Shown in pieces: positions 10,174 through 19,581 of a stretch of 51,776 nt of DNA (positions within the stretch are counted from its first letter, which is position 1; each line of letters opens with the position of its first letter). The position numbers were made by a program, and so were the translations under genes. This DNA is from Candidatus Heimdallarchaeota archaeon (lineage in GTDB: Archaea > Asgardarchaeota > Heimdallarchaeia > Hodarchaeales > Hodarchaeaceae), in assembly GCA_019057635.1 (NCBI GenBank), contig DXJL01000199.1, positions 1 through 51,776 on the forward strand, read 5' to 3'. Below the pieces are notes generated by a model. The model had not been told where the DNA came from, made no database searches, and was given only the letters and a program-made list of their open reading frames with translations.

Positions 10174-10851
10174 ATGTCTAATCTAGAGGTGAAAAAAATT
10201 CCAGGCGATTACTTTTCAAAAATTCTAGGTGAAAAAGATATTCACAAAAAAGGGACAGAGTTATTCTTAAAACTTGTCGAATCAATTGAGGTAGCATATA
10301 AAACATATGTTAAAGCAATCTTCGCATGGCGAGAGAAAGATTACGAAAAAGGATATGAATTAAGGGACGAAATTATAGAGCTCGAGAGAGATGCAGACAG
10401 AGTGAAAGATGTATTCTTTGAGAGTATTTTTCGGAAAAAAGCGTATCTTCCGCAGATTACAGAGGAACGTCATAAATTAATGCTTAATGCGGATGTATTA
10501 CTAGACTGTATCGAGAGGGGAGTTCGAGTACTTTGTTTAAAAAAGATCGATGATAGCTATTTTCCCCCAGAATTTGATAAAATCCTTGAAAAAACAGAAG
10601 ATGTGATTGAACTTTATATTGAAGCTCATGAAGCATTCTTTAAAGATTACGAAAAAGCTGTGAAGAAAGCCCGAAAATTAGAAGAGACTCGTGATGAAGT
10701 TCGCGATCTATACTACAAAGTTTTAGAGAAAGTGCTCAATGATGAATTTCCCAGAGGAACAAGAAGATTGCTCAATGATACCACTCGAATTAGCATAAGA
10801 GCTGAAGAGGGTATTGACTATCTCAAAGTTCTCATTGCTAGGCATAGTTAG
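10174..10851 (+). CDS. DUF47/PhoU-like phosphate transport regulator
   Basis: Helical protein with LERDAD and LEETRD repeats, directly upstream of a PiT gene. Confidence 0.8.
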   Translation: MSNLEVKKIPGDYFSKILGEKDIHKKGTELFLKLVESIEVAYKTYVKAIFAWREKDYEKGYELRDEIIELERDADRVKDVFFESIFRKKAYLPQITEERHKLMLNADVLLDCIERGVRVLCLKKIDDSYFPPEFDKILEKTEDVIELYIEAHEAFFKDYEKAVKKARKLEETRDEVRDLYYKVLEKVLNDEFPRGTRRLLNDTTRISIRAEEGIDYLKVLIARHS

Positions 10852-11845
10852 GTGGATATTTCTGACCGATCCCGCTATCCTTACTTTAGCAATAGGTATT
10901 GGCCTATTTGTTGCCTTTACTATTGGTGCAAATGATGAAACAATGACTCCTGCAGTGGGAGCTGGATTACTCGGTTTAAGTGCAGCAGTGATTATTGGTG
11001 GAGTGTGTAATCTCATTGGTGTATTTTTTCTAGGCGAAAATGTCGCTAAAACAGTTGGTAACAATTTTACTTATCCTGCTTATCCATTGACACTCCCGAT
11101 GGTTTTTATCATCTTGATATCTATGGCTGCTTGGCTATTAATTGTATCTATGAAAGGTATTCCTATTAGTACAACGCAATCAATAGTAGGAAGCGTATTA
11201 GGGATTGCTATCCTTGAATATGGTATAGATGCCATTCGTTATGATACAGTACTCATAGTAGTTCTTAGTTGGGTTGTAAGCCCAATATTGGGGCTTTTAG
11301 GAGGGTATTTATTTTACAGATTAATCCTACTAATTCAAAGATCACTCAAACGAACTGGGTATGATGATTATCAACGACAGGAAAAATATGCAGCTTATGC
11401 ACTCGCTCTTTTCTTACTATTTACCGTTTTCTCTCGAAGTGGGAATGATGTAGCAAAGGCAATAGGCCCTCTTATGGCGTTACCAGAGATAGCTAAGGAT
11501 CCATTTTTTGCGCTACTAGCTGGTGGAGTGGGCATGTGTCTTGGAGTCATCATTCTTGGTCGTCGAGTCGTTAAAAAGTTAGCTAAAGATATAGTCGCCT
11601 TATCTCCTACATCGGCGTTAGCTGCTAGCGTTTCTGTTTCTATTATTATGTTCGTTGGTACTTTAATGGCTATGCCCCTGAGTGGTAGCCATATCCTAGT
11701 GGCAGCATTCATTGGTGTCGGTTTTGTCAATCAAGAAAAAGTCGATATGGACTCCCTAAAAGAAATTGGTTGGAGTTGGATTATAACCACTCCAGCCTCA
11801 GCGGTTTTTTCAGGTACCTTATTACTTATAACCAAGTTGTTCTAG
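10814..11845 (+). CDS. PiT (PHO4) family inorganic phosphate transporter; true start probably near 10862
   Basis: GAND, G.NVAKTVG, GIPISTTQSIVG, GNDVA, PLSGSH and W..TTP motifs. The annotated start overlaps the upstream gene; AGGTGG precedes a CTG at 10862. Confidence 0.88.
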   Translation: MTISKFSLLGIVRWIFLTDPAILTLAIGIGLFVAFTIGANDETMTPAVGAGLLGLSAAVIIGGVCNLIGVFFLGENVAKTVGNNFTYPAYPLTLPMVFIILISMAAWLLIVSMKGIPISTTQSIVGSVLGIAILEYGIDAIRYDTVLIVVLSWVVSPILGLLGGYLFYRLILLIQRSLKRTGYDDYQRQEKYAAYALALFLLFTVFSRSGNDVAKAIGPLMALPEIAKDPFFALLAGGVGMCLGVIILGRRVVKKLAKDIVALSPTSALAASVSVSIIMFVGTLMAMPLSGSHILVAAFIGVGFVNQEKVDMDSLKEIGWSWIITTPASAVFSGTLLLITKLF

Positions 11846-11884
11846 TATAGAAGAAAAATTGAGAAATGCCAATTACAAAGGTAG

Positions 11885-12415
11885 CTACACCAAGTCTTCA
11901 TCAGTAAGGTAAGTTCGGTAGCGACCGACTAGAATCACTGCTCCAATGATAAAACAGACTATACAAAGGAAATAAACAACTTCCCAACTTAAAAGGTTCA
12001 ATAAGGGATTTTCTATAGGGAAAATGTAGCATAATTGTAGATCGTCATAGAGAAATGCATCAAGAAGGACATGTGAGAAGGTTCCAATAAAGGCACTTAT
12101 TAAGCATATTTTCAAAGAATACGGTGGTAGAGTAAAGGGTGTGGGGTTATCAAATTTGAAATCTATCCGATGAATAAGTTTATGAGTTAAAAAAGAACTA
12201 TTTCCCACGATAATTCCTAAAATAAATGCACCGATTAATGAATGCATAACACCATGAAGGGGAACTCCCGAATCAGGAAATAATAGGGAATATATGCCTT
12301 CAAGATCAAGAATGACACTCCCAACAAATAGTCCTATAGGATCTAAGAATATGGCTATCGCTTGAATTAATAGCGTTAATCCCCAGTGAAATGGTGTAAA
12401 AGGAATTGGACCCAC
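11885..12415 (-). CDS. Membrane-bound metal-dependent hydrolase (YdjM-like)
   Basis: PFTPFH, LDLE, HG..HS and SHVLLD motifs with transmembrane helices. Confidence 0.8.
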   Translation of the reverse strand: MGPIPFTPFHWGLTLLIQAIAIFLDPIGLFVGSVILDLEGIYSLLFPDSGVPLHGVMHSLIGAFILGIIVGNSSFLTHKLIHRIDFKFDNPTPFTLPPYSLKICLISAFIGTFSHVLLDAFLYDDLQLCYIFPIENPLLNLLSWEVVYFLCIVCFIIGAVILVGRYRTYLTDEDLV

Positions 12416-12575
12416 CTACTCGAAAAGGAACTCCGTTTTTTGAAAAATCATCTAATAATTGCACATGGGTATTTAAAAAACCTCTTAAACAAGTATACTT
12501 AAACGCCATTGTATTCATAATAGAAGCTCAAAGATATCATGAAAAATAAGTCCATCTACACTAGAGGGTCGACAA

Positions 12576-13331
12576 TTGTATACGTTAGCAGTCATTTCAG
12601 ATATCCATGCGAACTTAGTGGCTTATGAAGCTGTTATGGAGCATATTAGGATTAACTTTCCTGAAATCACTGAAATCTTATGTCCTGGAGATTTAGTAGG
12701 GTATGGACCTAAGCCTCGTGAAGTCATTGAAGCTATTTTAGGGAATCAACAAATACTCGCGATTACAAAAGGAAATCATGATCATGCTGTTGGAGGAGGA
12801 GGACGTGATCTCAAGAATATTGAAACTTATACAACCAAATTCAATCCTCTAGCACAGATTGCAATACGGTGGCAAGCCTCTAGTCTCTCAGAAGAGTTAA
12901 AGACATTCCTTTATCAGTTGCCGCACACACGGACATGTCTTCATCATTCGGAAGCTAACGCTCAAATTGGGATTATTCATGGCTCTCCGAACTTCCCTCT
13001 CGACGAATACATTCTTCCCAATACTCCTGCCCAAATGGCTTTATTTCCGTTTATGGAGCTAATAGAGATAAACGTGTTACTTCTTGGCCATACTCACATC
13101 CCCTTTATTGATAAAGTAACTGCAAATGAGAAAGAATTATTAATGATTAATCCTGGAAGTGTTGGACAACCGCGAGATAAAGATCCCCGTGCCTCTTATG
13201 CCGTCATAGATCTTAAAAATATGACTGCAGAAATCATTCGCGTTGATTACGATACAGATAAGGTCAATAAGCAAATAACAAAAACTGGGTTACCTGAATT
13301 TTTGGGAGAAAGATTACAGCTCGGTATATAG
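12576..13331 (+). CDS. Calcineurin-like metallophosphoesterase (YfcE/MJ0936-like)
   Basis: SDIHAN, GDLVGYGP, GNHD, HGSP, GHTH and NPGSVGQPRD motifs. Confidence 0.92.
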   Translation: MYTLAVISDIHANLVAYEAVMEHIRINFPEITEILCPGDLVGYGPKPREVIEAILGNQQILAITKGNHDHAVGGGGRDLKNIETYTTKFNPLAQIAIRWQASSLSEELKTFLYQLPHTRTCLHHSEANAQIGIIHGSPNFPLDEYILPNTPAQMALFPFMELIEINVLLLGHTHIPFIDKVTANEKELLMINPGSVGQPRDKDPRASYAVIDLKNMTAEIIRVDYDTDKVNKQITKTGLPEFLGERLQLGI

Positions 13332-13403
13332 AAATTATAACCTTTTTTTCTAATTGTACCAATCATCGAATTTTAATAGTTAGAAGTAATAAAATGATAT
13401 ACT

Positions 13404-13607
13404 ATGACTGAAAAAAAGATTAAGGATCCCGATAGTTCCACTGATAAACGAAGTTTTGCTATACCTCAAGGTTACAGTTGGTACGGTATTTCAAGTGGCC
13501 ACTCTCTTTCTGCTAAGAATCTACGAAAAGGAAGTATAGTTAAGGACCTGTTCTTCGGATTTATAACCATATTAGGGGTAATACTAATCTTACTAATCCT
13601 CTTTTAG
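13404..13607 (+). CDS. Small tail-anchored membrane protein (67 aa)
   Basis: Charged N-terminus and a single C-terminal hydrophobic helix. Confidence 0.55.
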   Translation: MTEKKIKDPDSSTDKRSFAIPQGYSWYGISSGHSLSAKNLRKGSIVKDLFFGFITILGVILILLILF

Positions 13608-13857
13608 AAAACAGATTAGTAGACACAGAATACCTAACAAGCTAATTCTTGTTTTTCGTCGCTACCCCTTCAAACCATATCTCTAAGGCATTAACTACTG
13701 TAAAAGGGGTGACCTTATTATTTGAAGATAAAATATCTAGAATTCCTTTAAATAATTAGTTCCATGGGGTATCAACTTTATCGGAAATAACTTTAACAAT
13801 AATTAATTAAATTTCCACTATTATATTCTACTCAATTGATACACGGATCACTTGTAA

Positions 13858-14376
13858 ATGGCTGAAGATTCGCTCAAATATAAGGTAGTCCTTGCAGGAG
13901 AAGGCGCTGTGGGGAAAACTACGCTTATTAATCGATTTATAACGGGAAGTTTTTCTGCTGATTACAAAGCTACAATAGGTGTACAAATTTTTTCCAAAGA
14001 AGTTACTTTAGACAATGGTAAAGAGGTCAGTCTTCAGATATGGGATATAGCAGGGCAAACCTTGTTTCGTAATCTCCGTACCAAGTTTTTTCAAAACGCG
14101 AGTGGTGCATTACTCGTTTTTGATTTAACCATTCCAGCAACTTTAGAAAATCTCCACACTTGGATCTCTGATATTAAAAATATAACTAATAGTATCCCTT
14201 TTGTTCTAATTGGTAACAAAGTTGATCTTAATGAACTGAAATCAATTACTCAGGATGATGTTAACGCCTTTATGATGGATCACTTTGAGGATATCCGAGT
14301 TCATTACGATACCAGTGCCTTGACGGGTGAAAATGTCGAACAGGCGTTTGAGGATCTTATTAAAAGTATGTTATAG
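13858..14376 (+). CDS. Rab-like small GTPase (Ras superfamily)
   Basis: G1 GEGAVGKT, G2 YKATIG, G3 WDIAGQ, G4 NKVD, G5 TSA; no prenylation tail. Confidence 0.95.
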   Translation: MAEDSLKYKVVLAGEGAVGKTTLINRFITGSFSADYKATIGVQIFSKEVTLDNGKEVSLQIWDIAGQTLFRNLRTKFFQNASGALLVFDLTIPATLENLHTWISDIKNITNSIPFVLIGNKVDLNELKSITQDDVNAFMMDHFEDIRVHYDTSALTGENVEQAFEDLIKSML

Positions 14377-14477
14377 CTTGTTCGAGTGAATTATTTCTTT
14401 CTTTAAGAAGAGTTTATATTATTAGAAGATCATTATCATTTTATCTACAGAAGAATATGAAACACAGTTGAAAAAGT

Positions 14478-15989
14478 ATGGTTTCTCGTCGAGAAAACTT
14501 GAAACGCTACATTAAACTAGTAATAAGTCAACTTCCTAAATATTTTAGTACATATTCCGAAGAAGATCAGAAGTTTCTAGAAAAATTTGTTACTCCATTG
14601 CGATTTAGTGAAGAAGCAGACTATAACAGAAAGGAACTCGCACAGCGATTTCGTGACGCACGAAATTACTTTATTGATAATGAATTATATCTTAAATACC
14701 CGTTCTTCTGGTTTGTAGATAGCTACTTTGAAAATGCTGAAGTTTCTCTTAAAACTTCCACATTTCATGCTGATTCGTTCTACGATTACCTGTTACCAAT
14801 ATTGAGAGGCACAGCGGGTCAGGATGATGGAGTATTTCAGCTTTTAAGGAAATCTGTTCCACTTTCAGATTTCAAATGGGAGGAAATACAATATAGAAGT
14901 GCCAAATTACATATTCCTCTCCAACCATATGAATTAGAAATAATCAAAACAGTATACAATCAACTTAGAGCACAACCATTACAATTACTTAAACCACGCC
15001 GAATTCGTTCAATACTTCTAAGTCAGCATGATATTCCTAGACTATCCAGTAAATTATCAAGATTATTCTCAATGCTTAATACGAAATGGACGGTTTGGCC
15101 CCATTATTCGGCTTTTGGTATTCAATCAATTTTTTTTCATCTTCAATTAAATCCCCAGAATGTTTTAAGAGATATTATTGATTTTCAAGACAAAATAAAT
15201 GGAATAATGACGACATCAAACATATATACGATTCGTGGGGTAAAGCACGAGTACATGGGGATCATGCATATTCCTGAAAATACTCATAAGCAGTTAACCC
15301 ATTTTTTGGAAAAGAAAATGTTAAAGGGACAAGTGCTTAAGTTTACATTGACACCCATTATCGAAAATCGATGGACTTATTCGCTAGCTCAATACCAAAC
15401 AGATTCAGGCTGGCAAGAATTAAACAAATCTTCTTGGATGGGAAGAGTTCGCTTGATGAACTTAAAAACACTCCCTCGGAGACGAAAAAAGATAGAGCTT
15501 GAATACATCACTCCTGTGAAGGCCCAGAATTGGACTTATCAAAATCTTACCGATCCAGTTGAAGCAATTAAACTGATCTGCAAACGAAATATCTTCGACT
15601 ACTCTGATCTCATAACAGAAATTTATACCTCTGATGAGCAAAAACTTTTAAAACTGTTAATAAAGGAGCATACACTTTTTGTTGGCTATTTTCCATATCG
15701 ATTAGGAGCAGAATATTCCTTAGATGCATATTTGGTAGAGGCACCAAATATCTCATTTTACCAGTTAAAAAGATTATTAGAACTCCTTCCATCAGCAAGA
15801 ATTGCTAGATCAGCAAATAGTAACTATATTTACACTTACTTGACATCCTCAATGGCAACGCAAATTCGCAACGACTTAGAGTGGCCACTGTATCCTTTGT
15901 TACCTACTCATACTGCCGCCAAACGTAATCGAGAAATGTTTAATACAGAATCACTCACATGGTATCAACCGAATATATTGGCAGATTAG
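14478..15989 (+). CDS. Hypothetical protein, possibly a divergent tandem Lrp/AsnC-like regulator
   Basis: 503 aa ORF. A helical HTH-like stretch is followed by an Lrp-like linker (PHYSAFGIQSIFF) and a ferredoxin-like beta/alpha pattern that appears to recur near the C-terminus. Confidence 0.5.
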   Translation: MVSRRENLKRYIKLVISQLPKYFSTYSEEDQKFLEKFVTPLRFSEEADYNRKELAQRFRDARNYFIDNELYLKYPFFWFVDSYFENAEVSLKTSTFHADSFYDYLLPILRGTAGQDDGVFQLLRKSVPLSDFKWEEIQYRSAKLHIPLQPYELEIIKTVYNQLRAQPLQLLKPRRIRSILLSQHDIPRLSSKLSRLFSMLNTKWTVWPHYSAFGIQSIFFHLQLNPQNVLRDIIDFQDKINGIMTTSNIYTIRGVKHEYMGIMHIPENTHKQLTHFLEKKMLKGQVLKFTLTPIIENRWTYSLAQYQTDSGWQELNKSSWMGRVRLMNLKTLPRRRKKIELEYITPVKAQNWTYQNLTDPVEAIKLICKRNIFDYSDLITEIYTSDEQKLLKLLIKEHTLFVGYFPYRLGAEYSLDAYLVEAPNISFYQLKRLLELLPSARIARSANSNYIYTYLTSSMATQIRNDLEWPLYPLLPTHTAAKRNREMFNTESLTWYQPNILAD

Positions 15990-16099
15990 ATTAGAGAAGA
16001 AAAAGTTCAAATAGTTGCTTCTAACGATCCTTCCGATAAGCTCTAAATTACTTATACTTGATTATATTTTTAGTTGAATAGTTTAGGTGAAGAATTCAA

Positions 16100-17848
16100 A
16101 TGGTTAACCCTCAAAATAGTCCCAAATATCCATTGAACTTACCGAAAACATTAGAGTATCCAGATAAGCCATTGTACGATCTTCTTGAGAAAGCAGTGGC
16201 TTCCTATCCTGACGCTCCTGCGTTAACTATAGAAACTGGAAGCTTTGATAAAATTGGTACCATGACTTACACAGAATTTAGCGATGCCACTGATAAATTT
16301 GCTGCTTATCTAGCTAACAAAGGGATAGTTCCTGGTGATCGTGTCGCTGTCTTCTTACCGAATATGATCGAATTTGTAGTTGCATATTACGGAATTATGA
16401 AAGCTGGAGCAATTGTAGTGAGCTTGAACTTTCAATACCCGGCACGCGAATTAGAATTCCAACTTAAAGAGACAGGTACAAAAGGTATTGTCTGTGCTGA
16501 TATGATAACTGCAGCTGCGCAACCCTATGAGGTTGTAAAAACAGTTAGAGATGCAGGAAATAGCCCTCTAGAATTTATTGTAGTGGCGACAATTAGCCAG
16601 TATCTTTCCAAGATCAAAGGATTCCTTGCAGGAGTTGTTGGAAAGAAGTCTAAAAAGGACAATCGCGATATCTTTATGCATGAAATATATGGAAAATTCA
16701 AGGCTAGTGATCGTCCGCGTATAGACCCACCAAAACCAGATGACGTTGCAGTGTTAATGTTTACTGGAGGAACTACTGGTGCACCAAAAGCAGCAATGCT
16801 AACACACCGAAATTTATACGCTAATGTTCTACAAGGAGCCACCTGGTTAGACCCTCCTCCAGAAACTGGAAAGACTGTCGTTATGGGAAGTTTACCCTTT
16901 TATCATTCATTTGGTGCCACTACAGCCATGAATATCAGTGTCCTTTTTTGTGGAAATACAATTTTAATGATGGATCCAAGAGAAAATAAGTTCACCCAGT
17001 TATTACACTTGATTCAAAAGTATAAAGTCGAGATTTTCTGTTCCATACCTTCCTTATATGCTGCATTAATAAATCATCCCGACTTAGAGAAGTATGATCT
17101 TTCGAGTCTCATGGTATCTGTATCTGGCGCTGCTCCAATGCCCGTCGCTACTCTTCAAGAATATGAATCAGTTACAGGTGCTAATCTCGCCGAAGGATAC
17201 GGTTTAACAGAAACATCTCCAATAGCTTGTGCAAATCCAATGATTCCTTGGGAAGAAGGAGGTAAACCTCTTAAAAAGGCTGGTTCAGTTGGAGTTCCAT
17301 TTCCAGATACAGAAGCACTGATTCTCGACCTTGATACTGGAACCACCACACTAGCTACAGAGGAAGAAGGCGAAATTGCCTTAGGTGGCCCTCAGATATT
17401 CAAAGGCTATTTCAAAAAAGAGAAGGCTACAGAAGAAGTCATGCGTACCATCAATGGTAAGCGATATTTCCTTACAGGAGATATTGGAAAAATCGATGAA
17501 GACGGTTATTTATGGATTACTGACAGGAAGAAAGACATGATTGATGTTTCAGGGTTTAAAGCCTATCCACGCGAAATTGAAGAAGTGATAATTGCTCATC
17601 CTGCAGTTTCTATTGCTGCTGTCATAGGAGTTCCCCATCCGAAAGTCGGTGAGACTGTAAAGGCATTTGTAGTGCTCAAACCTGGTAAGGAAGCAACCAA
17701 AGAAGAGATTATTGCTTATTGCAAGGATAACCTTGTCAAGTATAAAGTTCCTCACTATCTCGAATTTCGTGATGAGTTACCCATGACTAATGTCGGTAAA
17801 GTGCTCAGACGGACCTTACGAGATGAAGAGAAACAAAAAGGTAATTAA
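16100..17848 (+). CDS. Long-chain fatty acid-CoA ligase (ANL superfamily)
   Basis: FTGGTTGAPK, EGYGLTE, TGDIG, DRKKDMI, YPREIEE and GKVLRR motifs. Confidence 0.93.
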   Translation: MVNPQNSPKYPLNLPKTLEYPDKPLYDLLEKAVASYPDAPALTIETGSFDKIGTMTYTEFSDATDKFAAYLANKGIVPGDRVAVFLPNMIEFVVAYYGIMKAGAIVVSLNFQYPARELEFQLKETGTKGIVCADMITAAAQPYEVVKTVRDAGNSPLEFIVVATISQYLSKIKGFLAGVVGKKSKKDNRDIFMHEIYGKFKASDRPRIDPPKPDDVAVLMFTGGTTGAPKAAMLTHRNLYANVLQGATWLDPPPETGKTVVMGSLPFYHSFGATTAMNISVLFCGNTILMMDPRENKFTQLLHLIQKYKVEIFCSIPSLYAALINHPDLEKYDLSSLMVSVSGAAPMPVATLQEYESVTGANLAEGYGLTETSPIACANPMIPWEEGGKPLKKAGSVGVPFPDTEALILDLDTGTTTLATEEEGEIALGGPQIFKGYFKKEKATEEVMRTINGKRYFLTGDIGKIDEDGYLWITDRKKDMIDVSGFKAYPREIEEVIIAHPAVSIAAVIGVPHPKVGETVKAFVVLKPGKEATKEEIIAYCKDNLVKYKVPHYLEFRDELPMTNVGKVLRRTLRDEEKQKGN

Positions 17849-17892
17849 TAATTAATCACCAATCCTCTTCTCATTTTTTATGTTAAAACTTC

Positions 17893-17917
17893 CCTCCTGA
17901 AGCAATAAATCAGGAGG
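17893..17917. terminator. Inverted repeat between convergent genes, possible bidirectional terminator or 3'-protecting hairpin
   Basis: CCTCCTGA (17893-17900) pairs with TCAGGAGG (17910-17917); T-rich tract downstream on +. Confidence 0.4.
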
Positions 17918-17940
17918 AAATCAATTTTTCTGGGTTCTCT

Positions 17941-18189
17941 TCAAATATCAAGCTCTGATTGATCAACTTTATCAGAGAGTCCCCAAATGATAGCTTTTTT
18001 CTCTTTGGATAATTTTTTGGTTAACATCCCTTGTGCATTGAGATCGGCAATCGCTCCAGGCACACGATCTCGACATTCGGCAATCCCTAAGGTTTCTGCT
18101 TCAGTAATTAATTCTTTGGTCGAAGATGGCCCCATATCATTAAGTAGTAAGAGTATCAGTCGTTTAGTCTTCTCCATGCTTTTACCCAT
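17941..18189 (-). CDS. Small winged-helix protein (82 aa)
   Basis: LILLLL..GP.STKEL...RV..AI.DL...G.L followed by a beta-wing ending IIW.L; 28 bp downstream of the desulfurase. Confidence 0.7.
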   Translation of the reverse strand: MGKSMEKTKRLILLLLNDMGPSSTKELITEAETLGIAECRDRVPGAIADLNAQGMLTKKLSKEKKAIIWGLSDKVDQSELDI

Positions 18190-18217
18190 TCGATCTCACG
18201 TCCAAAGATGAAGCGAT

Positions 18218-19465
18218 TTAGCTCAAAGTGTCCATGATCTCCCGGAGAGCATCAATAAAGGTTCTTACTTCATCTTCAGTATTATATAAGTACCAAGAAG
18301 GGCGTAGAGTACCTTGATCCAAGTCTAAAGAATGATGGAAAGCATGGGTGCAATGGTAACCTGACCGTAGGAAAATATTGAACATATCATCGAGTAATAT
18401 CGCAACTTCGTGTGGATTTATGTCTTTTAAGTTAATTGCAGCCAGAGCTGCCCGATCTTCTGCTTTAGCTGGACCCAGATAAGAAAGATTATCTCCAAAT
18501 TCTTTTAATCCCTCTAACATCACTCGACTAAGTGATACTTCATGTTGATGGATATTATCCATACCAATTGAATCAAGATAATCGATAGCTGCCCCAGCGG
18601 CAATTACACCAGCATAGTTCTGTAGTCCTGCCTCAAACTTTGCTGGTGGGGGTAACATTTTAATCGTATTAGGAATTTTTACATCACTCACGGTTTCTCC
18701 GCCTAAAATCAAAGGATGGAGCTTTTCTAAGATATGATATCTTCCCCACAGGAATCCTATTCCAGTAGGTCCGCATGCTTTATGCATTGAAACGCCCATG
18801 AGATCTACATCTAATTTTTGAACATCAATTGCCAAATGTGGGAAGGATTGAGCCGCATCTAGTTGAAAAACTCCCTCTCGTTCATGAATGATTTTAGAAA
18901 TGGTTTGAACATCAATTATCCCTGCTGTAACATTGCTAACTTGTGCTAGACTGACGAGAAATTTTCCAGGTTGGCATTCGTTCACAGCCTCAGTAATGCT
19001 ATCCAATGAGCAAATTCCGGTTTCACCAGCATCAAGCACCTTGAGTTTTATTTTTCCAGCATTTTCAAGAAACATCCATTTCACAATATTGGAATTATGT
19101 GATTCTGACGTAGTAATAATTGTTTCCGATCCATCAAGTTTAAGGATCATGCTTCCAAGATTAAGCGCTTCAGTTGTATTCTTTGTCCAGACAACTTCAG
19201 AAGAATTTTTTGCATTGATGAACTTGGCCGTCTTTTCTCGGGCCGCTTCATATCGTTTTGTTGTCTCACGGGAAAACATATGAGGCGATCGTCCAGCACA
19301 GGCAGTGAATTTGGTATAATAGTCCATTAAAGCCTGAATCACTGGTTTCGGCTTCAGTGACATGCACGCACTGTCAGCATAAATAATAGGACTCCCATCC
19401 TTTAATTCAAATAAAGCAGGGAAATCTTCCCTGATGTTGTTTACATCAATCATTCTTATCACCAT
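18218..19465 (-). CDS. sufS: SufS-type (class II) cysteine desulfurase, PLP-dependent
   Basis: IREDFP, NTTEALN, DAAQS, SMHKACGPTGIG (PLP Lys), FEAG and RSGYHC (catalytic Cys). Confidence 0.88.
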   Translation of the reverse strand: MVIRMIDVNNIREDFPALFELKDGSPIIYADSACMSLKPKPVIQALMDYYTKFTACAGRSPHMFSRETTKRYEAAREKTAKFINAKNSSEVVWTKNTTEALNLGSMILKLDGSETIITTSESHNSNIVKWMFLENAGKIKLKVLDAGETGICSLDSITEAVNECQPGKFLVSLAQVSNVTAGIIDVQTISKIIHEREGVFQLDAAQSFPHLAIDVQKLDVDLMGVSMHKACGPTGIGFLWGRYHILEKLHPLILGGETVSDVKIPNTIKMLPPPAKFEAGLQNYAGVIAAGAAIDYLDSIGMDNIHQHEVSLSRVMLEGLKEFGDNLSYLGPAKAEDRAALAAINLKDINPHEVAILLDDMFNIFLRSGYHCTHAFHHSLDLDQGTLRPSWYLYNTEDEVRTFIDALREIMDTLS

Positions 19466-19581
19466 TTACATTGAATTTTGCTTAACTACAGTGAGGAATC
19501 ATAATCTCAACTTCATTTAAAGGTTCAATATCGTGTTAGAAGATCTTATATCTCCCCTTGTAAATTTTATCCCTAATAATT

